DNA of 58,601 nt, counting the filler, from Dugesia japonica (taxonomy: Eukaryota): assembly GCA_001938525.1 (NCBI GenBank). It is 5 parts of 5 records of this genome, joined end to end, with 100 filler letters (N's around TTAATTAATTAA, not from the genome) between each part and the next. Parts side by side here need not be neighbours in the genome. Positions count along the whole stretch, not along the records: positions 37,616 to 48,981 come from MQRL01542860.1; positions 49,082 to 58,601 come from MQRL01576775.1; 3 more parts are not named here. One strand, written 5' to 3'. A program made the translations under genes and the position numbers. Numbering within the stretch: the stretch's first letter is position 1; every line of letters starts with the position of its first letter. Positions 39,517 to 53,999 of this stretch are shown one piece after another. The notes under the pieces are model-generated. The model ran no database searches. It saw only the letters and a program-made list of their open reading frames with translations, and was not told where the DNA came from.

Positions 39517-41055
39517 TCAGTTTCAGATTTCTTCCATAATCTAAATGTCATTCCATTATATCAGTTATCAAAATAATCATGGTATACTGCTGAAGTTATT
39601 CTAAGTTTTTTTAAATATGATCTCAAATGACATATTTCTTGTGTATAAATTTTGTTCCAGGCTGTGCCTAAGTTAAAAATAAATTATCACTGTTGTTCAG
39701 ACATTGAAATAATAATAAGAATAATACATATTAAAAAGTTTCTAAAATGTCTATATTTTTCTATTTTGAATATCCTTTTGTTCACTTNNNNNNNNNNNNN
39801 NNNNNNNNNNNNNNNGTAAAGATGGCATTCAAGTGTAATTGTTTATAATTAATATACGAGAGTTTAATGATTTATTTCGTAAATTTTGAAATTTAATATT
39901 TAATATTTCTTGTTATTTTGTTTAACTTTGATGTAAAATATCTAAATTTAAGATTAAATATAGGTCAAATTTGATTTATTAGTTTAACCGGAGAGAAATT
40001 TTTTTGTTTAAATATAAGTGTTTTAAACAATTCACATAAACAGATAGGCGAATTAATCATTTTCAATTTAGATTCCTTCGGGACAAAAAATTGAATATTT
40101 TATTGATATTTTGCAATCGATAAATATTATAGAAAAGTAATATTTTCGTATTCAAAGATTTATTAAGAATTTGAGAAATTAATTAAAAAAGCATATAAAT
40201 GATGTAAATTTAAATTCTGAATATTTTTGATAGTTTTGATACGATTAACATTTTGAAAAAAAATTTTTTATAAGTTTTATTTTTCAAAAGAAATTTTTAA
40301 AAATATAAATAAAATCATCAAAATTTAATCCATTTCCTTTTGTATGATTTTGTTGAACTAGAAAAGGTTTTATATAATTAGTGGAAAAATATAGAAAANA
40401 CGAAGTGTGACAGTAAGATTTATTAAGCAGATATAAGTAGGTGGAAATGAGTGCACGACAACAAAAGAAAAAGCCGCCGTTATACGCATCATTAAATTAA
40501 TGAAGCATGAGTGTCACTTCCGGTAAAGTGTTAAATTTATTAGTTTGGTTGATAATATGGCAAGTCTCAATAAATTGTTTTGGTTTTTTGGGGAAATTTA
40601 AAATGAAGTTTATAATATTCAAACAGATGAACTCGCATTAATATTTTAATGTAAGAATGTTTTAGAAAAATCAGAGATATTCAAATATTTATACATAGAT
40701 AAAATACAATTTCGTGTATATTTAAAAATATTTCATTTAATATTTTAATATTTAAAATCTTTCATAATACATTTTACAAAAATATATTTGAATATATACT
40801 CAACAATTTCAAAATTGATATTTGAAGAAATACTAACATAAAATATATACCAAATAATTTTAATTATTAATTTTAATATACTATAATAATTTAAATATAT
40901 AAATAATCAAAGAAGAACGGCAATTTTTAATAAAATCTCTGAAATACCATTAAAATATTTTTTTTTGTACTAAATGCTTCGACAGAATAAGATACAATAT
41001 TTATTACTTCTTTTTAAAAGCTGTGATTATGTTATCAATTATGTAATCTCTCCAA

Positions 41056-42220
41056 TTAATTAAAAACATTCAATGAAGATTTGGAAAGACAAATTTGAAC
41101 ATTAATTTTTGGAGCAATTGACCTAATCAGCAATGCTTCACACAACTCTCTTCCAATAATTTTTACGTTTTTGCATGAAATCTTAAGATTATTTGTACTG
41201 ATAACTGATTTACAATTAATATTATGTTCAGCAATATTACTTCCACTACCAACTCGACGATGCTCCTGAATTCTTGTACAGAGATGATGGAAAGTCTCTC
41301 CAATGAATGTGACATTACTCATATTACATTTATATTTATAAAGAAGATCTGAACACAATTGAATTGGTGTTCTAGACTTATTACTCAACATATTTATGCT
41401 TTTAAATGATTGCGAAACAATTTTAAAATTTAATGAAATTAATATAAAGTAATTTCTTAACAACCCACTCTTAAATTGTTTAAATCCTTCCGAATACGAA
41501 ATAGTCAATTCTTAATTAAACGTATCCATCTTATTTGGGTCTTTGATAATACTTTCATAATTTAAATTATTATTACCATTTTTATTGATATCTTTTATTT
41601 CATTATTATTTTTGTGAACGATCTTATCAATTGTTTCACGATTTAATTTCAACACAATTATTTTAAAATAACCATTTTTATTTAGTAAAGAAATCAAAAT
41701 TTGAAAATATTAGCACAAGACTTCAAATATGAAGAAGAAAGAGTTCACGATCTATACAACAATCCTTTCATCATATTATACTTATAACGGGATTCACAAC
41801 AACTATCCAGAGATGTATATAAGCCTGAATTCGTTGGTTTATGATAAATTTCTGTTTGATAGTGTTTGTAGTTTTATGTAAAAGAAGTTTATATTTTAAA
41901 GAAAGAAAGTTTATATTTACATTCCATTTCTGTAGTGAATCTAATTTTTATGCAACGAATTCATGTCGTTTAGGAATGCGTTAATGTCTACTTGAATTTT
42001 AAAAACCAGAAATTTATCATCATTATATCTTTTCTATACTAATGGTTTTTTTCAGTAAACAAATTAATCTTTTTCTTAATATTTGAAAGAAACAAAGAAT
42101 CTAAAGTAGGAGCAAGAAGTCAAACCATCGCAACTCCACCAACTTGTTTGTACTATACATCAATAAATAAAAAATGTACATTAGTCTTAGCAAAACGTAA
42201 AGGATCCCTAAAACTTAACA
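41056..42220 (-). mobile_element. Penelope-like retroelement (RT + GIY-YIG endonuclease), decayed
   Basis: GGVAM..LAPTL..LFLS, RYNDDKFLVF, FTTEME, YHKPTNSGLY; LLYKYKC...FIGETFHHLCTRIQEH...IAEH...EALLI..PKIN. Confidence 0.85.
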
Positions 42221-42239
42221 AAAATTAATGGGCGTTTCA

Positions 42240-42490
42240 GAGTCTTTAATTTAAATATACTCTATTAAATTTTAAATTTCTTATAGTATGATCTTTTTCT
42301 TACATTCTCTTTTTTAAAAATTTTTTTAATTTCTTTTACATTTCTTGCCTTCTGAATTCTTCAACAGGTATCGTCTTTCATGACTTTGTTTTATCGTCTC
42401 AAACGGGCCTCAAATCTTTCTGTCTTTTGATCAACCTTCTACCTTGATTAAAACTCCGTTGTCAGCTAAAAAATATCTCTTTGTTGGTGT
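42240..42490 (-). mobile_element. Ty3/gypsy integrase C-terminus/PPT fragment
   Basis: Homologous to 20984-21190 (VLIKVE..RFEA..KVMKDDTC; aaaaaagagaaTGTAAG). Confidence 0.6.
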
Positions 42491-43089
42491 CATATCAATG
42501 GTATATTGTAGTAAATTGTAGTCAATAGTTTAATTTTTTNNNNNNNNNNNNNNNNNNNNNNNNNNNNNNNNNNNNNNNNNNNNNNNNNNTTTTTTCGGCG
42601 TACATTATTTGCAACGATAGTTTCAATTACTGGTCTTTTATTTATTGTTGATGTTGTTTTGATTTTTTGTTGAGGGTTGTCAACCACTTCCTTTAATGTA
42701 TAATTGGCATCGTCGTTCACTTCAGACAACACATTCATTGCATGATTTTTTTGATGATTCTTCAATTGATTGTTTCTTGCTTATCACATCATTTACAGTT
42801 GTTAGTGCTGCTTAACTTTGCAAATGAAAGTCTAAATTGTGATTACATCAATTTCATTTATCGAGCTATTTCTTTCAATAATAAAAAATTTTAATTTTTA
42901 AGGTATTGGTGGAATGTTATCTAGCATCAATTTCTCACGAGTTTTAATTTTACCACAGTTGTTTCATCAAATTTATCGTGTTCTTTACTTGACTTGTAAG
43001 TACAAACCGAATATCTAATTAAATATTTNGTATACTAGAAGTAAATGGGGCCACACCCATTTATTTCACGATCAGAAAATTCTAACTTG

Positions 43090-43410
43090 ACTGTTTATAC
43101 AGAATCAATAATTTTCTTTGTAGCATATCCCGTAACAACTCCAACTGCTTTCGTTACAGCAACTTTACCCAACAAACTTAAAAATGGTAAAAGAACAGCC
43201 CAAACAAATTCAATTTCATGTTGTGGTGAACCATAATATACTTGATTTTCCTTTATTTCTTCTTTTTATTTTGTATCTGAAAATTGTTGTTGAGAATTCG
43301 TTTCTTTGCTTCCAAATTGATTGCTTTAGCCATATCTACAAGAGCATCTTGTTACTTTTTCAGTTGATATTTCTTATTTTTACTTTTGATGACATATATA
43401 ACTTAATTCA
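43090..43410 (-). pseudogene. Possible Polinton/adintovirus basic core protein with a C-terminal amphipathic segment
   Basis: QLKK*QDALVDMAKAINLEAKKRILNN... then HEIEFVWAVLLPFLSLLGKVAVTKAVGVVTGYATKKIIDS, resembling the KLKK..L..LA....K.R.L.Q.GGFL..LL pattern. Confidence 0.4.
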
Positions 43411-44199
43411 CNNNNNNNNNNNNNNNNNNNNNNAAAAAAACAAGAAATTTGTATATTATATACGAGATAAACAATTTATCTAAATTAAAATTGAAGTTAT
43501 TCATACCACTTTTTAATATATGAATTAATATGAATTATGCAAATAATTTGAGAAATGAAATTAATTTTATGCAAAAATATGTAACATGAACTTATTTTAA
43601 AAACTTATTAGAATTTATTAATTTTATTTTAAAGTAAATTTATTGATTTCCCTTGATTTAATATGATTATTTTTTAAGTTAATTTTTTTAATGAGTTTAT
43701 TAATGATTTAATTTTACTTTGATAATTTTTATTTTTATTTAATATTTTATATAAAAACAATAGAAATACATTTAATATGAACAAAAACAGAAATATTATA
43801 ATATTATAATATTATAATATTACTATTTTTACTGAAAATATTATGACGAATTAAAATAGTTTTATGCAAATAATATGACAAATTTTACTTTGCTTAATGG
43901 AAATATTATGAAATAAAATTATTATGAAAACAGATTAAGATTTACTGATTTTTGTTTTAAATTAAAATAATTGTCAAGACATCATACTTTAAATTTTGAT
44001 TCGTAATAAATAAGGCTTATATTCAATTTTGTCAATGTCTAAGGTAATTAATTTATTTGAAAGTATTTTATTTATTATTTAGTAATCACATAAGAAAAAC
44101 CAATCAAATCCTGCTTTAATCAAATTCATTACATTTGTATGGGTGAAAAATAATTTTATTATGATTGAACTTTTAACTATTTTTGTATATTATTATTGG

Positions 44200-47100
44200 G
44201 GTGAAACACCGCTTGGCAAAGAAAATAAAGGCCAGAGGGCCCAAATCAGAAATAATAGCAACGGGTGCTGCGAATAAAGCTAGTAAGGGTTAATTATCCT
44301 CTAGTTGGAATTATAACCATTTTGTCTATATAAAAATTTGAGGGNAAATGCAATAGATCATAAGAAGNTACCAGTTGAATGAAATATGGGTTCAAATCAA
44401 TCGCATAATCAAAAGAAAATAATTTACTATTATAAAAACCGGAAAATTATTATAAAAAATACCAGTTAATTAGCAAGAAAAATTAATTAATTTTAACAAA
44501 AAATAAATTGAAATTAGACAAAAATCGGTTTTTGTGTGATAACTCCACCCTAGAAGATTACACGCAGCTCTAATAAAAAAAATTAGAAGGAGAAAGTGAC
44601 AAATAAGACAAAGCCCTGAGAATTACAAGGTGCTCCAAAAATAGGCACCAATAGTAAACCAAAAACTCTAAGAAAAAATCAGAAGATTGGGATCAGCACC
44701 AATGAAAACCAAGAATCAGAAAATAAAAATAGATAGCCAACAGGAAAGCAGTTGGGTTGCACGGAAAAACCTATTAAAGCTTCAGAAAATTTAGTCTACA
44801 AACATACTTATTTATAATAAAATTCCAAGTATTGAAGGCTTATTCGTTAACTCACTATTGAAAAAAAAGAAAACTCATCTAATACTCGGTAACAAGTTAT
44901 CGCGCATTACGTTCAACGAAATTTCTTGATTGATTTAGAGATTACTAAAGTAAAATTGTTGCTGTATTAGCCAGGATTCATTTTTAATTTTAAAGAACCA
45001 GAGTCCAAAGAAGGAAAACATTAACCGTATCGGTATAAGTCCATATTTGTTAACAGAAAAACGAGAGAAAACTGTTGCAGAAATCCCTGATTTTGTCATA
45101 AAAAAGTAATTTTGTTGTTATTATTTATGTATTGAAAATTTAAAATTGAAAATAAATGTTTTATTATAAATTAATTATATATTTAATATTATTCTGTTTA
45201 CTTAATAGGTATAGGAAACAACAAATAGGTCACCTGACTATTTTTGAGTTATTATATAATAATAAATTACGATATCATATGTCCAGTTATTGCAAATAAA
45301 TAAATAAAATAGGCATTGAAGTTGAAAAACAAATTTTATTTAAAGAAAAAAGATAAATTTTCCATTATGAATGTTTCTGGTCATTTTATTCTAGTTGCAG
45401 CAAAAAAGATTCACCCATGTGAAAATAAATCCAATCAGTAAATGTTCAGCATCGACTATAACATGATCACAAGGTCGGGTAAATCTTAATCGTAACTGCT
45501 GTTGATTTTGTTGGTATTAATAAATAGTGAATTCATCTGTTATCCTATCGATTTTTTCTGTTCGTGTTCGACAGGCGCTTAAACTCCTTTTGACATATAA
45601 TGGAATCCACAGAAATATAATGGGTGTGTGTGTCGATGATGGTTACAGCAACTGGGTCATTAAAGTCCTCACTTTTTGGATATTTGTGTATACAATGCAG
45701 TAGATTTCATGAATAATTCTGTTACAGACGGCCTATGGCTTGAGGAATGTTACTCATAGTAATGCACATATACTTGTAATTTTTATATTCCTGACAATGA
45801 TTAGTTGTACAACCAATCTTTAGCGATAATATCAGTAACTTGGTACAACAGAGTTGTCGATTTAAGCTCAATAAGTGTGTACTTGTATGCTAACGGAATC
45901 TGATCAATGAATGAGTTATCGACAGTAAAGTTATGTATAACGGAAGGATTTGTTACACGGGTAGCATTCATTCTTAACAGTCACAATGGCATGCACCACT
46001 ATTATTTTTAAATAATCGATACTCCGAGTTACCCCTGGACTATTTAAAATCAAACTCTTTCATGGCTAATCGATTAATTCTTGATTTCTAACACCAGTAG
46101 TTATTCCAAATTCTATTGTCCAAATCATATTTTAAACTGGGGCTCCTAATTAAATGTCCTGATTGGATGATGACAGTGAAGATTTTTCTCGTTCTCATGT
46201 TATGAACTTCCCCTCCAGTTGTTAACAGTTTTATGACTATCACTATTAAATGCTATATTTATCATTTTTCCAGTTTGATTTTGTCGATTAGTATTATGAC
46301 TACGAATATAATTATTATTAATATGGTTATTCTTATTATCATGATCATCATTATTCTTACTATTTTAATAAATATTCTTATTAATGTTATGAAGATAATT
46401 ATAAGTCTGATTATTCTGAACATTAACGTAAATAATCCTATCAACCACATCACCTTGGTACTAAGATAATCCCTAAGTATCGCACTTGGTCTATTATGAT
46501 TCTCACTACTACGCTTATTGCACATTTTATAAGTCTGATTGCAAATAGCAAAATAATACAACTTTCCAGCGATTTGTTCTCATTGTATATTGCATGTATA
46601 ATCGTGTTTATACAATTTTTAATTAAAATCGATAATGGGTATACTCGGGATTGGTGTCATCCTCATTACCACTGTCATTACATTGATTTGATGTGATACG
46701 TTTATTATTATTATTAGTGTTAGGATCATCATTAATGCTATAATTGCTATTAAAATTTGAACCATAGCTATAGATAGGCCTCCTAATATATTACCAACGC
46801 CCACCATCCTCGAAATTTCAGCTACATTCTTTAAACTACCAGTGAATGTCTAGGATTATCAAGAATGCGGTAAATTTCGAACGATAGGAAAGGAAACGGT
46901 CACGACGCAGACAATTAATTGGCCATCTTCTCTTCCCCGACATTGTTATTTCTCCCAAAGAATTGGACCTTCAATGTTTTGAGGAGTTATATCCTTTGTC
47001 GTGGGAGGTGAATCTGAATAAGGAGCGTTAATGTGTTGATTTTCGTTTTATTTAATATATATTTTTCTGCCTAAGTCATGTTGATTATTTTAATCTGTAA

Positions 47101-48923
47101 TTAACTACACACACATCACCATGTTGATTCTATTTAGGATAACTCTTATAAATTATGATTTCTACTACATTTAACCCCACCCTTTAAATTTCAGTTGGAA
47201 TATGGAGTATAAATGGGAAATGCTCTTCGATTGCCGAACCAACCGTACAGTTTTTAAACGCTATAAGAATCTTTATAGCCGAGATGAGGGAGTTTTTGCT
47301 GACCGCTCCAATTTACCGGCTGAGGAGGCCGAGGAGGAAAGGCAGTGGGACGCTACCAAGCACCACGCCTTCTATGACTGGAAAGGTCCCAATCGAGCAA
47401 GCGCTGTCTATCATGCGGTCACCAGTACACAGGTAGGCGCAATTGGAGAACTGCAAATCATTCGAGATTGGCAGGAAGGTCCTTATGCAGTTGGTATTAC
47501 TACCAACCAGCTACCACCTTTTACCAATCTAAGTGCATTCGTACAAAATCATTTATGGAATATTCAAAATTCAGAAAAGGGAAGTAGTTCAGAGAACGTT
47601 CCAGATGTCACCCATAATGTAACCCTAACCTAATTAGCATTATGACCTTGAAATAGTTGTAAAAAAACTTTCTTGTCATAATTAAAATTTTTTTTTGTTA
47701 CATTTATTTACTAATTTATTCTTGCCTTAATAAATGAAGTAGTGAGCAACCATCTTCTAATACGGTTTGTCATTGCGGAAGTTCGTTTCCTTTACTTATT
47801 GACGTCATTTTATTTTATAGTGCACTCTTCACTGAACCGGTCAACAGCTCCTACGAAAAAGGTGAGAGAAAAGAGCGAGGACCTAGAAATGACCTGGGAC
47901 GTTTACAAATTAGCTAAGCGTCGTTGGGAGGCAGATACCATTACTGTGGAAAGCAAGGTGCGCCGGTACAAAAATAAGTGCATAGCGTTTAGAAAGAAAG
48001 CCGAGGCCACGCATGAACAAGAGCGGCTATGGAAAATTCAAGTAGTCTTTTGCCGAGATCATCTGGTTACTCCACGACAGTGAAAATAAACTGGTGTCCG
48101 ATATTTTGACTTTAAAGAAGGCCATGCCACTTGAGCCGCTGATGATCGATAAGGGCATGCAATCTTCACGGCCCTGACCTTTTATGAGATTTTAGTTTTG
48201 CAAATAAAATGCTTTTTGATTTATATTAACTTGCTTTCCAGTCGTTTATGTTGATTTTCAGAGTTTTCTTTTTAACTAAAGATTAATGGTGATCGGATCA
48301 ACTTTTAATTTTAATTTGTTTTAGTGCCACGAATCCAGTTACCCATCAGTTTGCGTAGGTGTCATCGTCTGATCAAAAAGTAGCTTCTAGAACGCCACGC
48401 TAAGCGACAAAACGAAAGAGCATTGTTACGACACTTGACCCAGAGAAATCGCCTCATTAAGAAACTTGACCTAATCGTCAAAAAGCTGAGTGAAATAGCC
48501 GAGAAGACCAAATAACTACTCACGCATGAAATCAAATTCTTAGAACAATATATTGCGGATTTGGCTAACCGGCTAGAACAAGAGACATGGACTCGCTGGA
48601 ATAGCGAGGATGATGAACCCGCTTTTGGATTCTCATCTGAAGAGCCTACCCAGTGGTTAGACCCGGGTGCTCTCAATTTCATGTGATTAATTAGTTATAA
48701 ATTTTTGTATAGAATCATGTTCATTTAATTTACAAATAACTATAAAGGGAAAATAGTGAACTCGAAACAAAGGTAGACGAGTGTGTACCTCAAATAAATG
48801 ATGGGGGTAAACCGCTCTTTACTGAAAATCTAATTAGGGACATTAGATAAATTCTTGAAGGGGTCCCCTAAGGGATGATTTTTCCCCAGCCGGAAGTTTT
48901 CTAAAACTATCTCATGGGGAACC
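44200..48923. mobile_element. Unclassified decayed multi-ORF element
   Basis: GC-richer block with convergent and divergent ORF remnants (+ ending ~45110; - ~45300-47000; + spliced ~47200-48900); right end GGGGAACC followed by TTAA. Confidence 0.35.
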
Positions 48924-48927
48924 TTAA

Positions 48928-48928
<1 letters not shown>

Positions 48929-48981
<53 letters not shown>
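48929..48981. repeat. (ATT)n microsatellite
   Basis: Directly visible. Confidence 0.95.
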
Positions 48982-49025
48982 NNNNNNNNNNNNNNNNNNN
49001 NNNNNNNNNNNNNNNNNNNNNNNNN

Positions 49026-49037
49026 TTAATTAATTAA
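49026..49037. other. Artificial assembly spacer TTAATTAATTAA
   Basis: Same 100-bp linker structure. Confidence 0.9.
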
Positions 49038-49422
49038 NNNNNNNNNNNNNNNNNNNNNNNNNNNNNNNNNNNNNNNNNNNNTTATTATTGTTATTTGCAT
49101 TATTATTTTTATTAATTTTGATTTTTTAATTGAATTATTTTTCATTAAAATAATTAAAATGTAATAATTTAATCATTATTTTAAGTAATTCGTTCATTCT
49201 TCGTGAAAATAAAACTTTTTTTGAAATAGTATTTTTCACATAAAATATTTTTATTATGTAATTTTTATTTTTATTATTTCTTTATTATGATTTTGATTAG
49301 AATAAATTTTTCTAATTTTCTCTTTTACACACAAATAAATTCATAAATATATTATAATATGTAAATAGTTAATCCAATAATAATCAGTTATTAATAATAA
49401 TTAATTAATTAATAATTATTAC

Positions 49423-49800
49423 TTGCAATTCATCTGCTTTCTTTCTAGCAAGATAACCTTTACAGTAGCACTTAAATTTCGGCAGCCAATTAGATGCATG
49501 CACATACGGATCAATTTCATTTTTGAACTGGTTAAATGTGACCTGAAAATGAAAATCATCGTTGAAATTTGCGATATTTCTCAATAAAATTTTCTATTTT
49601 ACATTCATTGTTGTACGTTTTCTATTCGGTAACGATTGATATTGATTACCAATCGGGATATTCTCCAATTTATAATGGTAATCCTCATTGATTTTTGTAC
49701 GAAAGCTTGGTTTTTTACTAAGAAACATTGATCCAGGAGTTGATAGACTTGTCAATGACGATGTTAAGGTTGGAGTTTGTGGCATATCACGAGTGGTCAT
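49423..49800 (-). CDS. Two exons (49800-49603, 49542-49423) of a host gene with an IQ-like motif
   Basis: A 60-nt phase-0 GT-AG intron (49602-49543) removes the TAG; exon 2 reads VTFNQFKNEIDPYVHASNWLPKFKCYCKGYLARKKADELQ, then a GT donor at 49422; start codon uncertain. Confidence 0.55.
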
Positions 49801-50207
49801 AAAATTATATTTTAAAAATTTCAAATCTGAAAAAGAAATTGATCAACTGATCAATTCATTAATGATCTGAGCAGTGTGTAAAATACAGTGTAGTTTTGTG
49901 TCAATCGATTTCACTTTTGTGTGTACAGCAACAAATTTATGATGAGATCATACAAATTAATATATCGACTATTGTCAAATGAAGGTGTGTAATTGAGTGT
50001 TTGTGTGCATCTGTATGAGAATCATTGAGTATTTATTGACTTGCTGTCGGTGTTCTGTGACATTTTATAGTTTTGCTAGATTTCTATTGTCTAATTATTG
50101 AATGGGATTAGAATTTGATTAACAATTTTAATTAATTTAATTATTACTTTTATTTTATGATATAATTTCAATATTCAAGATTAATTCATTTCGTGAGATC
50201 TTTGGAA

Positions 50208-50245
50208 ATAATAATATTAATAATTATATTAATAATAATAATAAT

Positions 50246-50291
<46 letters not shown>

Positions 50292-50364
50292 NNNNNNNNN
50301 NNNNNNNNNNNNNNNNNNNNNNNNNNNNNNNNNNNNNNNNNATAATAATAATAATAATAATAAT

Positions 50365-50398
<34 letters not shown>

Positions 50399-50411
50399 GT
50401 AATAATAATAA
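50208..50411. repeat. (AAT)n microsatellite (spans an N gap)
   Basis: Directly visible. Confidence 0.95.
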
Positions 50412-50619
50412 TGTTAGCAATAATAAATACATAACTAATTTCCCATATTTATTAAAATAACAAATAATGAACTGGGTGTTTGATATATATGTCAAATCTT
50501 AACCTATGGCCTAATATAGAATAGGTTAAATTATGAAAGAGTAATATTCGATTATTATATAACAGTAATTATATGTTGAAGATATTAAATGTAGAAGTTA
50601 TCTGACACAAATATAAATA

Positions 50620-52270
50620 CTAAGACATTCAAAATACCGGAAACTTTCAATACTGGTATTTGGTTTTAGATTTTAATAATTATCGGTTGCACCAGTATTA
50701 AATAATGAAAGAAATTATCAAAGTAAACACATTTATTTATTACCGTAAAATCTTAAAATNAAACTTAAATTATAAATACTTTCAAGAAATGCGCTCTTAA
50801 AAAACAAACTATTTAATGTTTCATCCTACAAAGAAGATCTCAGCTTCATGCAAATTATACCAGAAGCAGAAAAGGCTCTTTTAGATTCAATACTTGCAGG
50901 TGCAATAGAAAGTAAAGAATTATAGAGCATATCTACATCTTGCCCTCTAGTATTTTGTTTGGTAAACAATTTAATTTCAGTTTTTTTCATATTTTTAATT
51001 GATTGCGGCGATGATGATGTTTTATTAGTTGTTGCTTCAAAAGGCTGCATTTTTTGTTGAATTACAAGATATAACTTTTCCTTCTTTGATAAAGTTGTAA
51101 ATTCTGCATTAAATCGTTGCATATTAGAATCTTATTTATCGGTTTTTGTAAAAATTTTAGAATGTCTGCATAAATAGTACGTCTTTCTTTTATTAGTTGA
51201 GATAAATTTTCTTTTAATAATAAACTTAGTGAAGAATTTTGTGCAGAAAATTCAATTAGTAGAAATTTTAAAGTAATATATGCAGTAAGAAGTGTTGCAT
51301 CTTGCTCACAAAGGGTTTTCACAGCGACTTTAACTGTTTGTAAAGGGTATATAATATTTTACTTCGGTAAAATTTAAATCAATATTTGTGTTTAGCAGAC
51401 ATTTTCTAATACAAATACGGATTTTAAAAAATCTTTCTAGCATATTTAAAAGACTACTCCATCTGGTTTTTGAATACATAATCAAGGCTTAATGTCTTTC
51501 AAATTCTGTTTTAACAAATTATTTTATAATATCATTCTTTGTAAGGGATTTTCTATATATTTTAACCACTTTACGGATTTTTTCAACAAGAGGTTTTATA
51601 ACAGAATTTAATTCTGTAGTGATCTTAATGCATAAATATCATTGAAATCATCACTACCACCATCACCAAGCTAATCTTCATTGTCCATGTCTTTAGTTTT
51701 TTTTGTTGTAACGAGTATTAACAACAGCAAGATGAATCCCATGAACAATGCACAATTGATGAACAAACCCCGATAATCTATTAAATATTTTCATAACTGA
51801 AGCTTTATCAATTGTAAAAGCAAAAAAATCATTTAAAGTAAGACCACACGTGGCAAGTTTAGACTTTAAACTTTCCAAATATTTTCCAGCAGGCATTGAT
51901 TTATGTACACTAATAAGCCCAGAGATCCCGAAAATATCTTTTGAATGGACATTTATATTTATATATCGACGATTTTTTGAGGAAGATCATTCATCCAAAG
52001 TAAGACTAAATTTAAAACCCGTAGTTTCGTATTCTAATATTGTTTTACAAGTTTCTCGGTGAACCATTTCTGTTTAATCCATTACAATGTTTTTATTATT
52101 GCTGGAGATATGGAAACATCATATTTCTCCTAACACTAGCCTTAAATTGAAGTCATTTACGAAGATCACCAGAACTACAAAATGTTAAATAATAGACCAT
52201 GCTTTGCCACCATACGAGAGATAGTTGCTTATAAAGAATCATCCATATCTTTTACAAATATAGTATTATT
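50620..52270 (-). mobile_element. hAT transposon with decayed transposase
   Basis: FSLTLDE*SS, FTIDKASVMK, CIVHGIHLAV (CxxH), KTRWSSL, LLSIAPASIESKRAFSASG..KLRSSL (dimerisation domain); aataccgg subterminal repeats near 50630. Confidence 0.85.
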
Positions 52271-53999
52271 CTGGTTAGAATGAAGAATTTTCAGTGGAGA
52301 TATTTCTAATATTAATTTGATCTACAAATTTTCGAAAGAAAAATATTATCAAATAATATTCTGTAAACAAATCCAGAGAATATCAAAAACACTGTAATAC
52401 AAAATCAAGACTACTTTCGAGATTTGTAATTCGATTATAATTATATCTGTAAAAAGAAAAATACAGAAACAAAACCAAGAAATTTGAATAAGTAGTGAAA
52501 TGAAAAATTTTTAAAGAAATCTACGATAAATATTATAATATTTATTATGTTTACAGTTTTAGATATTCGCTGTCTTGGAAATTAAAACATTTGTAAAATA
52601 TTATTTGTTTCTTATCAATTTGACTATTATTGAAATTTTTTAAAGACCAATAATAAAANTTTATTACGTTAGTGTTGTTTAAAGAGTGGAATAAAAGCCA
52701 CTTTTCTTTAAAAAAAATCATAAGTGTGATTTATTTCTTAGTTGTTAAATTTGAATTTATTTTGTCTTTATTTATTGATAAATGTGTCTAGTTAATTTGT
52801 GAATCCTTCTGATAGCATTGTGTATTTGAAATTTATTTAATATTTGATGATTCATTTTTCGTAAACATTCCCANNNNNNNNNNNNNNNNNNNNNNNNNNN
52901 NNNNNNNNNNATAATTGTAACCTATTGTTGTAGATTTAATTCAATATTCCTTTAAATATTACTATTAGAAACCGAGCATACATGCTCATTCAGTAAAGAG
53001 TCCGTCATGATTTAAAAGATTTATTTCACGACAATTTATAAATTCCACCTTTAAATAATTATCTGCTTCTTTTTAATTTTCGAACTTCTGCCAAAAAATA
53101 TGAATATTAAAACCACTTCTTTCTTTATTAAAATTACTTTTTAAAAAATTTAAACTTAAAAAAATTCATTTACTTATCCTGGAAATTACAATATATTTTA
53201 CTGATATTTCGATTCTTGTTGAATTATATTTTTGTGGAATTAATACCATTTATTACAATGATGAATTTTAATGAAAAGCGTAACGATAAATATGAAATCC
53301 CTAACTATTATTACTATTTTTATTATCATAATTAATAATATTATCATTATTATTCTTATCATATAAGTATCTTTAGAAAATTTTTCAAATAATCTTGTTT
53401 TATGTCGATCATTGAAGAAAATAAAATTATGAACTTATATTTCTGTAATCAATAAAACGGAAAATTTTAAATATATTACAAAAGATTAGAGTTATGAAAT
53501 TAATTCTACTTTTTCATATGAACAAATATGACATTTAATAACATTTTGTTCATTGATAGTGCGAATAAGTCCAACAATCATCCTCGCAATAATTATAATT
53601 ATAACAATTGATTTTTAACTGAATGAAAATTCGATTATTATGTGATAATAACTTTTATGATTAAAAAAAAAATTTTTCATTCAGTCAAACAAATAATTAG
53701 CTGAACACGACGTATGCCGATAAAATTACATTCCGAATATTTTGTATTGTAATATTCTATTTTAATAAGGTGAGAATGATTTGATTAGTTAACGACAATA
53801 TTGGACTATTATTTGTTATTGAATTGATCTCAAACGTAATTAATGAATATGATCCGTGTTAATTATATTCGGTGTGAATATTGGAAATGAGTCACATTTG
53901 TGGAATTTTGGCATGCATATATTCTAAATTGATTTGTTTTTCTCGTACAAAAATATTAATATTAAATTATCATATTGTAATATGATTAACATGTTTAAT

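Noticed and set aside
46233-46807. Ile-rich 'membrane protein' ORFs
   Set aside because: Alternative-frame readings of AAT-rich low-complexity sequence
11978-49081. TTAATTAATTAA palindrome recurring four times as a possible biological motif
   Set aside because: It is always centred in exactly 44N+44N, so it is an artificial six-frame-stop scaffold spacer; neighbourhoods across it are unreliable
50247-50495. Poly-Leu/poly-Tyr ORF
   Set aside because: Translation of an (AAT)n microsatellite
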